From NCBI GenBank assembly GCA_963730815.1, contig CAVSTD010000008.1, forward strand, positions 400,693 through 464,692: a DNA stretch of 64,000 nucleotides, written 5' to 3'. Numbering within the stretch: position 1 is the stretch's first letter; every line of letters begins with the position of its first letter. This DNA comes from an uncultured Thermoplasmata archaeon. GTDB lineage: Archaea; Thermoplasmatota; Thermoplasmata; Lutacidiplasmatales; UBA184. The notes beneath the pieces are model-generated. The model was given only the letters and a program-made list of their open reading frames with translations. It ran no database searches and was not told the origin of the DNA. The translations under genes were made by a program, and so were the position numbers. This document shows, in pieces, positions 1 through 8,042 of this stretch.

Positions 1-80
1 TTCAGGAACTTCTTCGACGCGGCCGGATTCTTCGAGAAGAATTCGACGAACGCGATCGCCCCGTTGTTCGGTTTGTACAT
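1..80 (-). CDS. VOC/glyoxalase-like protein, N-terminal fragment (gene continues past window start)
   Basis: Reverse-strand ATG at 80-78 opens MYKPNNGAIAFVEFFSKNPAASKKFL, resembling the first strand/helix of VOC-fold proteins. Only 26 codons are visible and it is not in the ORF track. Confidence 0.3.
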   Translation of the reverse strand, partial: MYKPNNGAIAFVEFFSKNPAASKKFL

Positions 81-223
81 TTGGCACCCTCGCACGGGGG
101 CAATCGTGGGCGATATCTATGCTTGGCGCGACCCCAAGCGGGGGCAAGATCGCCGAAGGACCCGTCGTTGGGTCATGGAAGACTTGAAGCCCAATCTTTG
201 CCGTGACCCGACGAGGGCGAATC

Positions 224-535
224 ATGTACTGTCAGCAGTGCGGAAAGGAGATCCCTTCGGGTAGCCCGACTTGCCCCGCGTGCGGCTTCAATGCCATGGC
301 GCACGGGCCGACGCCTTCCTCGGGCTCGGATTCTCTCGAGCATTTTGTCTCCGAAACAAAGAAGGCGGCCAAGGAACTGGCGGCGGCCGCCGCCAGCCTC
401 TCCCAGCGCGTGGTCGACAAGGCCACGGATGCAGCGAAGAACCCCTCCGCCTCGGCCAAGCGCGCGACCAAGAAAGCCGCCGAAGAGTTGGAAAAGGCAG
501 CGAGAGAGATCGACCGGATCATCCGGGATCTCTAG
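224..535 (+). CDS. small zinc-ribbon protein with Ala/Lys-rich helical tail
   Basis: ORF 203..535. ATG at 224 gives MYCQQCGKEIPSGSPTCPACG (CxxC-x10-CxxC), followed by a KKAAKELAAAAA-type helix. Confidence 0.55.
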   Translation: MYCQQCGKEIPSGSPTCPACGFNAMAHGPTPSSGSDSLEHFVSETKKAAKELAAAAASLSQRVVDKATDAAKNPSASAKRATKKAAEELEKAAREIDRIIRDL

Positions 536-718
536 ACCGTCCCTCTCCGAACGGCGGGAAACAGCGCCGATCTGGAACGGTTCGGTCGAAGATAGCTGAT
601 CCCAGAGCGACGCTTCGGATGCCGACGCCCGGTTGGATGCTCGGGGTCTCGAACAGCGTCGGACCCTGCCCTCGTTCAAGGAATAAGTTCGTATAGGTGG
701 ACGAATTGGGACGCCCAT

Positions 719-1222
719 ATGCCCGGTCCTGAAGCACCGCCTCCACCGCCGTCTGCGTATCAGCCGGCAGCGCCGGCACCGAACGTCGTGAAACTCCCGG
801 CGGGTTTGAACCTGTGGGATTTGATCAGTTTCGTCATCATACTGGTCGGAGCCATACTCATCCTGGTCGGCTTCCTGGACGGGAACGCCTATGCTTCGTG
901 TACGCCCCCCGGATGCTCCGGGACCACTGCTCAGGGAGATATCGAAGGATTCTTCTCCTGGGCCGGCGCCGGGATCTTCCTCGTGATTCTGGGCTGGTTG
1001 CTCCGGGCCATGATCTTCCCTATGATCGCCGCCCGAAAGCCCTCGTCCGCGACCGGAATGGGCGCGCCAGCCCCGGCGCCCGCGACCATGATGGCCGCTC
1101 CCGCGCCCCCCGCGGCTGCATCCGTTCCGGCGACCCCGGTCTGCCCCAAGTGCGGCAAGCCTACGACGTACATCGCCCAGTACGGCCGATACTACTGCTA
1201 TACGGACGCAGTCTACGTCTGA
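719..1222 (+). CDS. membrane protein with Pro/Ala-rich segments and C-terminal zinc-ribbon-like motif
   Basis: ORF 719..1222. Hydrophobic helices LISFVIILVGAILILVGF and AGAGIFLVILGWLL; C-terminal CPKCGKPTTYIAQYGRYYCY. AT-rich box GAATAAGTTCGTATAGG lies ~25-35 nt upstream. Confidence 0.55.
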   Translation: MPGPEAPPPPPSAYQPAAPAPNVVKLPAGLNLWDLISFVIILVGAILILVGFLDGNAYASCTPPGCSGTTAQGDIEGFFSWAGAGIFLVILGWLLRAMIFPMIAARKPSSATGMGAPAPAPATMMAAPAPPAAASVPATPVCPKCGKPTTYIAQYGRYYCYTDAVYV

Positions 1223-1366
1223 AGTGTGGACGTAAGCGGCCTCGACGGGGCCCAGTCCGCGTAGCCGAGGGGTGGGTGTAAGCCCCGTTGATGACATGTT
1301 GACCTCCGCCCGATGTCGGGCAAGAAGCAAGTGCGGCGCCTCTCTTCAGCCCCCTCGAGGCGCCGC

Positions 1367-2401
1367 ATGGAGAGCGAACTGTTCGTCGGACTGGATGTGC
1401 ACAAGAAGTCGGTCGTGGCCACTGTTCTGGACCGAGAGGGGAATCGGGTAGACCAGTCGAGTTTCGGGTCCCGGGACTCCGAGCTGATCACCTATCTGAA
1501 CAGCCTCTCTGGCCGCAAGCATGTGGTCCTCGAGGCCTGCAACGTGTGGGAGCACTTCTACGATGCCGCCACGTCGACGGACGCCGAGGTGACTCTCGCC
1601 CACCCCTACCGGGTGCGCTTGATCAGTGAGGCGAGCTTGAAATCGGATAAGGTAGATTCGGCCAGCCTGGCGGAGCTCCTCCGCCTCCACGGAATCCCCA
1701 TGGCGTATGCTCCCGACCCCGAGATCCGAGCTCTGCGTCAGCTGGTGAGGGACCGTGCGTTCTACAAGCGCGAGGAGTCGAGCATCAAGAGCCACATCTA
1801 CTCGGCGCTGCTGCGCAAGGGGATCCAGTACGAGGATGGGCTCCTCGGCCAGAAGAGGAAGCGCGAGGAGTTGCGCTCCTACGCTCTTCCCGAGGTCGAT
1901 CGAGGCCTGGACGTCCTCCATCGATTCGAGGAGCTCACGAAGACCCTCGACGAGGCGATCCACGCGGTGTTCCTCAAGTCGAAGGAGGCCCAACTCCTCG
2001 AGACGATCCCGGGCATTGGGGAGTTCACAGCGGTGGCCCTAGTGGCCGAGCTGTGCCCGATCGACCGTTTCCCGAATGTGGAGAAGCTCTGCTCGTACGC
2101 CGGACTCGTCCCGACCAACCACCAGTCGGGAGAGTCCTCCTACCAGGGTCATCTGAAGCCCGACTCGAACCACCTCGTGAAGTGGCTCTTGGTCGAGGCA
2201 TCATGGTCCCACCGCCAGTGGGCCGACAAGAGCAGTGACGTCACGAAGGTGGCCCGTCGCGTAAGTCGACGGGGTGGGAAGCAGAAAGGGAATGTTGCGG
2301 GGGCCCACAAGCTTCTGAAGATCGTCTATGCGGTCCTCAAACGGGGGACCCCTTACACTCCTGACCGACCGAGCTCCGGTGTGGGTGCTGCGGAGTCGTG
2401 A
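1367..2401 (+). CDS. IS110-family DEDD transposase/recombinase
   Basis: ORF 1313..2401. FVGLDVHKKS, VVLEACNVWEH and KSDKVDSASLAELL form the RuvC-like DEDD N-domain; IPGIGEFTAVALVAEL...YAGLVPTNHQSGES is the Transposase_20-type C-domain with conserved Ser. ATG 1367 is preferred over 1313. Confidence 0.9.
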   Translation: MESELFVGLDVHKKSVVATVLDREGNRVDQSSFGSRDSELITYLNSLSGRKHVVLEACNVWEHFYDAATSTDAEVTLAHPYRVRLISEASLKSDKVDSASLAELLRLHGIPMAYAPDPEIRALRQLVRDRAFYKREESSIKSHIYSALLRKGIQYEDGLLGQKRKREELRSYALPEVDRGLDVLHRFEELTKTLDEAIHAVFLKSKEAQLLETIPGIGEFTAVALVAELCPIDRFPNVEKLCSYAGLVPTNHQSGESSYQGHLKPDSNHLVKWLLVEASWSHRQWADKSSDVTKVARRVSRRGGKQKGNVAGAHKLLKIVYAVLKRGTPYTPDRPSSGVGAAES

Positions 2402-2623
2402 GACGGCCGCGTGTCATTGAGTGGGGTCAGTCGATCGGGAGCGGGTGGCTGCGACTGTCATCGTGCGCAGAAGGCGCGGATAAGTGGATGCGGAGCCCGC
2501 AAACGCACAATCGGAGAACCATGTGATCCGCGGAGAACCGCCGCGGGCGGAAGTCACATAAGTGCACCCACTCACCACCCGTCCCTCTAAGTAGGGACGA
2601 CGAGCTCCCGCTCGGGGAGAACG
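2402..2623 (+). ncRNA. candidate IS110/IS1111-type bridge (guide) RNA region - hypothesis only
   Basis: 222-nt non-coding stretch directly 3' of the transposase. Local hairpins: GTCCCT-CTAAGT-AGGGAC (~2581-2598) and CTCCC-GCTC-GGGAG (~2604-2617). No covariance evidence is available. Confidence 0.15.
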
Positions 2624-2968
2624 ATGATCAGCGGAGCCCACTTCGTCCTGTTCAGCAAGGACGCAGAAGCGGACCGAGAGTTCTTTCGAGACGTCCTAAA
2701 ATTCCCGCACGTCGACGCGGGAGACGGTTGGTTGATCTTCGCTCTCCCGCCCGCGGAGGTGGCGGTCCATCCCGCCCACGAGAATGGGTCCCACGAGCTC
2801 TATCTGATGTGTGCGGACCTGACGGCGACGCTCAAAGTGCTCCAACAGAAGAAGGTCGGGTTTTCCACTCCGGTGCAGCGGGATTGGGGCACGATCACGA
2901 ACATCAAGCTGCCCGGCGGAGGCGAGGTCGGACTCTACCAACCCCGCCACGCCCTCGCGCCCCGTTGA
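2624..2968 (+). CDS. VOC family protein (glyoxalase/bleomycin-resistance fold)
   Basis: ORF 2624..2968. MISGAHFVLFSKDAEADREFFRDVLKF...GGEVGLYQPRH has the typical small VOC layout. Confidence 0.8.
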   Translation: MISGAHFVLFSKDAEADREFFRDVLKFPHVDAGDGWLIFALPPAEVAVHPAHENGSHELYLMCADLTATLKVLQQKKVGFSTPVQRDWGTITNIKLPGGGEVGLYQPRHALAPR

Positions 2969-3007
2969 AGGCGCGGGAAGTCCGCGGGCCCGGGTACCCG
3001 GGCGAAC

Positions 3008-3732
3008 CTAATCCTCTCGCCGCCGCCGCTTCCGGCGGTCGTCGTCATCGTCGGAGCGGGGAGGCCCGCGACGGGCGTATCCACCGGAGGGCCGACCGGC
3101 CCCGTAGCCGCCTCGACCCCGATAGGGAGGACGACCTCCCGAGGAAGGCCGGAACTCGCGGCGTCCATATCGGGGGCCTCCCCGGTCGCTTCGCCCACCG
3201 CCGCTATCGCTGCGGGGGGGCAGGGTGAATCGGTTCCCGCACGATTCGCACTCACCGACCAGCATCCCGTCGTCGCCCGTCGAGAACCGGAGGGGAGCTC
3301 CGCATTTCCGGCACGGTCGACTGCGAGGCGCTTCCGCGTCGAACCTCTCGGGCCTCTCTCGTTCGAACTTCGGGGCTTCCCGTTCTCGCTCGAGCTTCGG
3401 GGCTCCTCGCTGCGGGACGAAAATCGTAGTGATCTCGCAGTCCGCGCAAACGGCCTCGAGAGAACCGTTCTTACCTTCCTTGAACGAAAGCGGGGCGCCG
3501 CATTCGTCGCACTCGGGCCCGCCTTCGCCCACGACCGCGACGACCTCCGAGGGTTCGGTACCCCGGCCGGGGCCCGGGCGAGGCGAGCGGAGACGGTCGA
3601 CCCTTCCACGAACGCGTACTCCTTCGAGCACGACGGGCAGGTTCCGGTGCGGAGGTGCACTTCGCGTTCGTCGAATTCCATCGAAGTGCCACAGTCGGGG
3701 CAGGAGCTCGTCATGGTTGGTGCCCGTAGCAA
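3008..3732 (-). CDS. triple zinc-ribbon protein with RGG/Arg-rich tail (frame break; pseudogene if the break is real)
   Basis: Reverse ORFs 2935..3732 and 3008..3631 each carry part of one protein. Frame a: CPDCGTSMEF..CPSCSKEYAF. Frame b: CDECGAPLSF..CADCEITTIF, CRKCGAPLRF..CESCGNRFTL and the tail RGGYGAGRPSGGYARRG...DDDDDRRKRRRRED. The frame switch lies within G/C runs at ~3557-3578. Confidence 0.6.
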
Positions 3733-3803
3733 GGACCCGGCCCCCTCATTACGTTCCCCTGCCGTTTCGCGCGAGCGACGCCCCCCTCGACGGCGGGTCC
3801 GGC

Positions 3804-4934
3804 TCAGCGTTCTGCGGGCTCGCGGGAGTGCATGGTGACCTGACGGTCGGTTTTCGCGACGTTCTCGGGTTCGACGCTGCGGTTGATCGTGACCTCGTTG
3901 ATGATCACCAGCATTTCCAGCGCCATCAGTAGGTTCGAGACGACACGCTGGGCGGCCACCGCGAGTCGCCGGTCGGAGATATGGCGAGCGAGTGAGTCTC
4001 CCAGCTTGTAATCGGTCGGAAGGAGCCGGTCGATCTCGTTCAGGTTCGCGTTCGCGTCCACCACCGAAAGGCGGCCGAAGGCGTCCATCGTTCGTTCGAG
4101 GAGACTCTCGACTCGCTCGATCAGAGTGACCAGGCCGGTGACGGCCGGCTTCGGCAAGCGGTGGAGCCCGGGTAGGTTGTCGCCGATCTCGCGGCCCACG
4201 CCCGAGATCAGGTCTCCGGTGACCTCGAGGACCTTCGCGAGCAATCGGTATCCGATCTGGTAGTGGTGGCTCTCCACGCCGATGTCCCGCGCCACCTGGA
4301 AATCGTCCGACGAAAGCAGGAGCTGGCGGACCATCAGGAGATAGAATCGGTCGATCTCATCCTCCATGGGTCCGAGCTGTTGGAGGGCGGCGCGGTTCCC
4401 CCCGGTCAGGACCGATCGGCAGGTCTCGAGTTCGGAGCGCAGCATTCGAACTACTTGGCTCTGGAGGCGATGGAACTGGTAGCGACCCGGGTCGACGAAA
4501 TTCTGCACCTCGACCGCTCCCGACTCCTCCTCGACGACCGTCATCCCGAGGACGTGGGCGACGGTGCGCCGGACCTCCTGGCGTTGCTCGGAAGTGAGGC
4601 CCGAGCGAGACGTGACGATGATCTGGTCCTGACCGGTGATGTACGCCCCGATCAGGAGTCGGGCGAGAAGCTTGGGAGGAGCGCCGCTCGCGTCGATCCG
4701 CAGGAGCTTCTGACGACGGTCGGACGGGGTCTCGGCGTTCGCCGGGCTGATCTCGAGGCGCCCCCCGCCGAGGTCCCGGAATCGAAGGGTATCCCCCGTG
4801 TCGAGGTTCATCGAATCGGTCCAAGCCTTCGGGAGCGTGATCGAAAGGGACGAGGAGCCGGTCCGCTGGACTCGCCGTGTGAATCCGGGGGCAGCCGGAG
4901 TCTCCGGCGATTCCTTCCGAGCCCGCGGCATCAC
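3804..4934 (-). CDS. AbrB/SpoVT-domain + PhoU-domain regulator (archaeal 'phosphate uptake regulator' type)
   Basis: ORF 3804..4934. N-terminal swapped-hairpin-like RRVQRTGSSSLSITLPKAWTDSMNLDTGDTLRF, then PhoU-type helical repeats (EDEIDRFYLLMVRQL; NLNEIDRLLP..AVAAQRVVSNLLMALE). Confidence 0.8.
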   Translation of the reverse strand: MMPRARKESPETPAAPGFTRRVQRTGSSSLSITLPKAWTDSMNLDTGDTLRFRDLGGGRLEISPANAETPSDRRQKLLRIDASGAPPKLLARLLIGAYITGQDQIIVTSRSGLTSEQRQEVRRTVAHVLGMTVVEEESGAVEVQNFVDPGRYQFHRLQSQVVRMLRSELETCRSVLTGGNRAALQQLGPMEDEIDRFYLLMVRQLLLSSDDFQVARDIGVESHHYQIGYRLLAKVLEVTGDLISGVGREIGDNLPGLHRLPKPAVTGLVTLIERVESLLERTMDAFGRLSVVDANANLNEIDRLLPTDYKLGDSLARHISDRRLAVAAQRVVSNLLMALEMLVIINEVTINRSVEPENVAKTDRQVTMHSREPAER

Positions 4935-5221
4935 GACCGCATAATCTCGGGGTCATTAACGGTCTGCCCGACCACCTTCGTGCGCCCGGGACCCCCCCCG
5001 CCGGTCTCCTTACTCTCCTTACGGCCGTGACCGTACCCGCATCACCTTCGAGACCCTTCTCCCCTTCAGAGGCGTCACATGCGACCAGGACAAGGATTCC
5101 GAGTGTTCGACAGAGCCGACTGGCGACGAAAGGCACGGGTGCCCGATTTGGCCCAGCGTGCAGAGATCGAGAAGCGACCCTCGCAGGTCGCGGACCGAAA
5201 GACGCAGGGGAAGTGGTAACC

Positions 5222-5977
5222 ATGGCGTTCGTCGACTTCTTGGCGTTCCAACAGGCCATCTTGATCATGGCCGCGGTCATGGTGGGTTACGTAGGCGTGG
5301 CGGTATTCCTGGCGATGCGTCACAACGACGCGGCCGGAGTGAAGAGCGCGCTCAAGGGCGCTGCCATCCCCCTCGGCAGCCTCGGCGTGATTTCGACCGC
5401 ACTCGCCGTATGGGCGGAAGAGGCGTGGCCACTTCCGGGTAGCTACAACATCCTGTTCACGGATGTCTTCCTCCTGTTCGGGATCACGCTCGTGGTGCTG
5501 GCCGTTTGTATGGCTACCACCTCGAAGCTCCAGTATGCCGGTATTTTCGCGCTGGTCGCGGGCGGCATCGCGATCTCCTACGGGTGGAACGGCTACATCC
5601 TGCACATGACGAAGGCGCCGCTCGAGACGTTCATGCTCTACGGCGCGTTCGGACTCGCCGGGATCCTCTCGTTCCCCGCAACGATCGTCACCGACCACTA
5701 CCTCGCCCACCCGGAGAGCTCGCTCTTCGCGAAGCCCTCGTACGTGGCGACCCCCAGCCGGCGCCCGTCGATTCAGGGCGCGAGCCGAGCGGTCCAACCG
5801 ATCGTCCCAGTGGAGTCCTCGGACGCCCCGACGGAGACGGTGAAGACGACCTTCCACGTGCCGGTCTACATCAGCACCACGTTGCTCGTCTTCGTGGCGA
5901 TGATGGCGCTCGCGGGCATCGCAGCGATGTTCTACCTGGCCAGCACGCTGCCGGCGCACCTGACGTCGGCCCCGTAG
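5222..5977 (+). CDS. multi-pass integral membrane protein (DUF981-like, tentative)
   Basis: ORF 5027..5977 with ATG at 5222 (MAFVDFLAFQQAILIMAAVMVGYVGVAVFL). Six to seven hydrophobic helices, with a Ser/Pro-rich linker before the last helix. Confidence 0.65.
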   Translation: MAFVDFLAFQQAILIMAAVMVGYVGVAVFLAMRHNDAAGVKSALKGAAIPLGSLGVISTALAVWAEEAWPLPGSYNILFTDVFLLFGITLVVLAVCMATTSKLQYAGIFALVAGGIAISYGWNGYILHMTKAPLETFMLYGAFGLAGILSFPATIVTDHYLAHPESSLFAKPSYVATPSRRPSIQGASRAVQPIVPVESSDAPTETVKTTFHVPVYISTTLLVFVAMMALAGIAAMFYLASTLPAHLTSAP

Positions 5978-6023
5978 GTCGGAAGGACGAGAAGAAAGGG
6001 ATCGAAAGACCCAGGGGTCGGAG

Positions 6024-7118
6024 ATGGCATCGAAACGACGCCTCGCCTCCTCCGACCCGCCCCTCCCTCAGGCCGTGGTCTATACGGCTCACGAGCTGGG
6101 GGAGGGGCGACTCGAGCCAGGCCTTCCCGACGGGAGGGCGCAGAAGGTTTTGCGAATCGACATGACGGGAGCGCCGCCCAATCTGCTGGGGCGTCTCCTG
6201 GTCGGAAGCTACATCACGGGACAAGACCAGGTGATCGTTACGGCGCGCCACGGTCTCACGGTCGAACAAAGAAAGGAGATTCGCCAAGTGGTCGACCGGA
6301 CGCTCGGCATGACGGTCGTGGCCGATAGCCCGGCCACGGTCGAGATCCAGAACTTCATCGACCCCGGAAAGCACGAACTTCCCCGCCTCCTCCACCGGGT
6401 CGTTCAGTTGCTCCAGACCGAGCTCAAGGTCTGTCACTCCGCCCTCACCCAGGGCGGCGCGGAGGACCTGCCGGAGATCGAATCTCTCGAAGAGGAGGTG
6501 GACCGACTGTACCTTCTCGTGGTCCGGCAACTCTTGCTCTCCTCCGACAACCCGCGCATGGCACGGAACATCGACGTCGAGAGCCACCACTATCAGATCG
6601 GTGACCGCCTCGTGGCCAAGGTGCTCGAGGTGACGGGCGACCTGATCTATGAGATCGGAACGGACCTGCAGGCGAACCTCGCCGGCCTCCGAGCCACGCC
6701 CCGGCCGGTGAAGGACGAGCTCCTTACCCGGATCGAGCAGCTCGACCTCATACTGACCCGGACCATGGAGGCGTTCGGTCACCTTTCCGTCGTAGGAGCC
6801 AACGCGAACCTGAACGAGATCAAGGAGATCTTTCCGAAGGGTGCCGACCTTGGGCAGCTCATCGCCCGACGCGTCGCCGACCGGAAGGTCGCCGTCGCGG
6901 CGCAGCGGATCGCCTCCAATCTGGTGATGGCGCTCGAAATGATGATCATCGTCAACGAAGTAACGATCAATCGTAGCGTGGAACCCGAGACCGTCGCGCT
7001 CAGCGGCACCCGTCTCCAGGTCGGCGCTTCCCACTCACCCCGGCCCACGAGGGTGTCCCATACCTCGATCGCCATCCTCGCCACCGATCCGGCTCGGATC
7101 GGCGCCTCGGATACCTGA
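6024..7118 (+). CDS. PhoU-domain regulator, paralog of 3804..4934 with degenerate AbrB-like N-terminus
   Basis: VLRIDMTGAPPNLLGRLLVGSYITGQDQVIVTAR matches LLRIDASGAPPKLLARLLIGAYITGQDQIIVTSR in the paralog. Shared EEEVDRLYLLVVRQLLLSSD and NANLNEI motifs. Confidence 0.75.
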   Translation: MASKRRLASSDPPLPQAVVYTAHELGEGRLEPGLPDGRAQKVLRIDMTGAPPNLLGRLLVGSYITGQDQVIVTARHGLTVEQRKEIRQVVDRTLGMTVVADSPATVEIQNFIDPGKHELPRLLHRVVQLLQTELKVCHSALTQGGAEDLPEIESLEEEVDRLYLLVVRQLLLSSDNPRMARNIDVESHHYQIGDRLVAKVLEVTGDLIYEIGTDLQANLAGLRATPRPVKDELLTRIEQLDLILTRTMEAFGHLSVVGANANLNEIKEIFPKGADLGQLIARRVADRKVAVAAQRIASNLVMALEMMIIVNEVTINRSVEPETVALSGTRLQVGASHSPRPTRVSHTSIAILATDPARIGASDT

Positions 7119-7210
7119 GGCCCGCCCGCGCGTTCCCCCGGTCTTCCCGCACGATTTCGGGCTCGCGCCCCGGTCCCCCGGGCTCAAGTAGACCGGAACG
7201 GTGGTTGGCC

Positions 7211-7633
7211 ATGGCGCGTTCCTCTGCGGTGGGCCTCGAGTTCTCTCAAGTCCGGCTCTTGGTCCGGGATTTTCGAAAGTCCTATCATTTCTATCGTGAC
7301 CGCCTCGGACTCACCCCCGTGAAGGGGCACGGCGACCCTCCGTACGGAGCGTTCGCGTGGGAGGGCCGGCCGCTGCTCGCCCTCTTTGATCGAAAGCTGA
7401 TGGCCTCCGCGGTGGGACTCACTTCGGGCCGGTACCCGGAGAAGAACGTCGGGCGGTCCGCCCTAGTCTTTGAAGTGAAAGATGTCGACCAAACCGCCTC
7501 GCGACTGCGCCGGAGAAAGGTCCGCCTCCTTCGAGGCCCGACGAATCGTCCCGCTTGGGGGATACGAACCATCCACCTCAGGGATCCGGACGGGTACTTC
7601 GTTGAAATCTACTCCTCCCTCCCTCGAAAGTAG
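7211..7633 (+). CDS. VOC family protein (glyoxalase-like)
   Basis: ORF 7205..7633 (TTG at 7205, ATG at 7211). VRLLVRDFRKSYHFYRDRLGL...IHLRDPDGYFVEIYS is a typical VOC signature. Confidence 0.75.
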   Translation: MARSSAVGLEFSQVRLLVRDFRKSYHFYRDRLGLTPVKGHGDPPYGAFAWEGRPLLALFDRKLMASAVGLTSGRYPEKNVGRSALVFEVKDVDQTASRLRRRKVRLLRGPTNRPAWGIRTIHLRDPDGYFVEIYSSLPRK

Positions 7634-7766
7634 GCTCGCGAGCGAGGAAACCGTCTGCAGCGGACCGAGAAAGTCACTGAGGCATGGACGCGCCCCACGG
7701 AGGCGGGATTCCAGTCCGAGGCAGAGAGGCTTTGGGATTCTAATCCCCGATGAGGTGACCGTGTGA

Positions 7767-7777
7767 TTTTTCTTTTT
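7767..7777 (+). terminator. oligo-T tract TTTTTCTTTTT (archaeal-type termination signal)
   Basis: Seen directly; the only long T-run in an otherwise GC-rich stretch, downstream of the VOC gene and the structured segment 7673-7759. Confidence 0.3.
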
Positions 7778-7804
7778 GATCTGTGATTTAATTCGGCAGG
7801 TGGG

Positions 7805-7846
7805 TTTTGTGACAGAGTTCGAACGGAACACTCAGCCGTCACAAAA
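7805..7846. promoter_or_regulatory. inverted repeat TTTTGTGAC-N24-GTCACAAAA with central GTTCGAAC palindrome; third half-site GTTGTGACAAG at 7855-7865
   Basis: Read directly from the sequence, in the 400-nt non-coding leader upstream of the surface-protein gene. Confidence 0.3.
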
Positions 7847-8042
7847 GTCGGCAAGTTGTGACAAGAATCGCAAGCGCCCGTTCACTCGGGTTGAAGAAGC
7901 ACCCATTTCCCAGGACCTGACGGCTCGGGACAGAATCTGCGACGGACGGTTCCGACTAACTCCCCAGCCTGGGATGCGCAAGATTTTGCAAACGTTCTTG
8001 CGCACTCGCTTATCCCCCGCCGATTCAGTACAGGTTCGAGGG

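Larger units (their letters stand above)
1223..2623 (+). mobile_element. IS110-family insertion sequence (ends not resolved; interval is the maximum space between flanking genes)
   Basis: Single IS110-type transposase gene with ~145 nt non-coding upstream and ~220 nt downstream. Weak sub-terminal inverted match GGGTGGGTG (~1270-1280) / CACCCAC (~2566-2575). No classical terminal IRs, as is usual for IS110. Confidence 0.5.

Noticed and set aside
3804-7118. The inverted PhoU paralogs as a recombination-invertible (shufflon-like) cassette around the membrane-protein gene
   Set aside because: The paralogs are clearly diverged at the nucleotide level (protein identity only ~50% by eye). No long identical inverted DNA repeats were seen, and no recombinase gene is adjacent.
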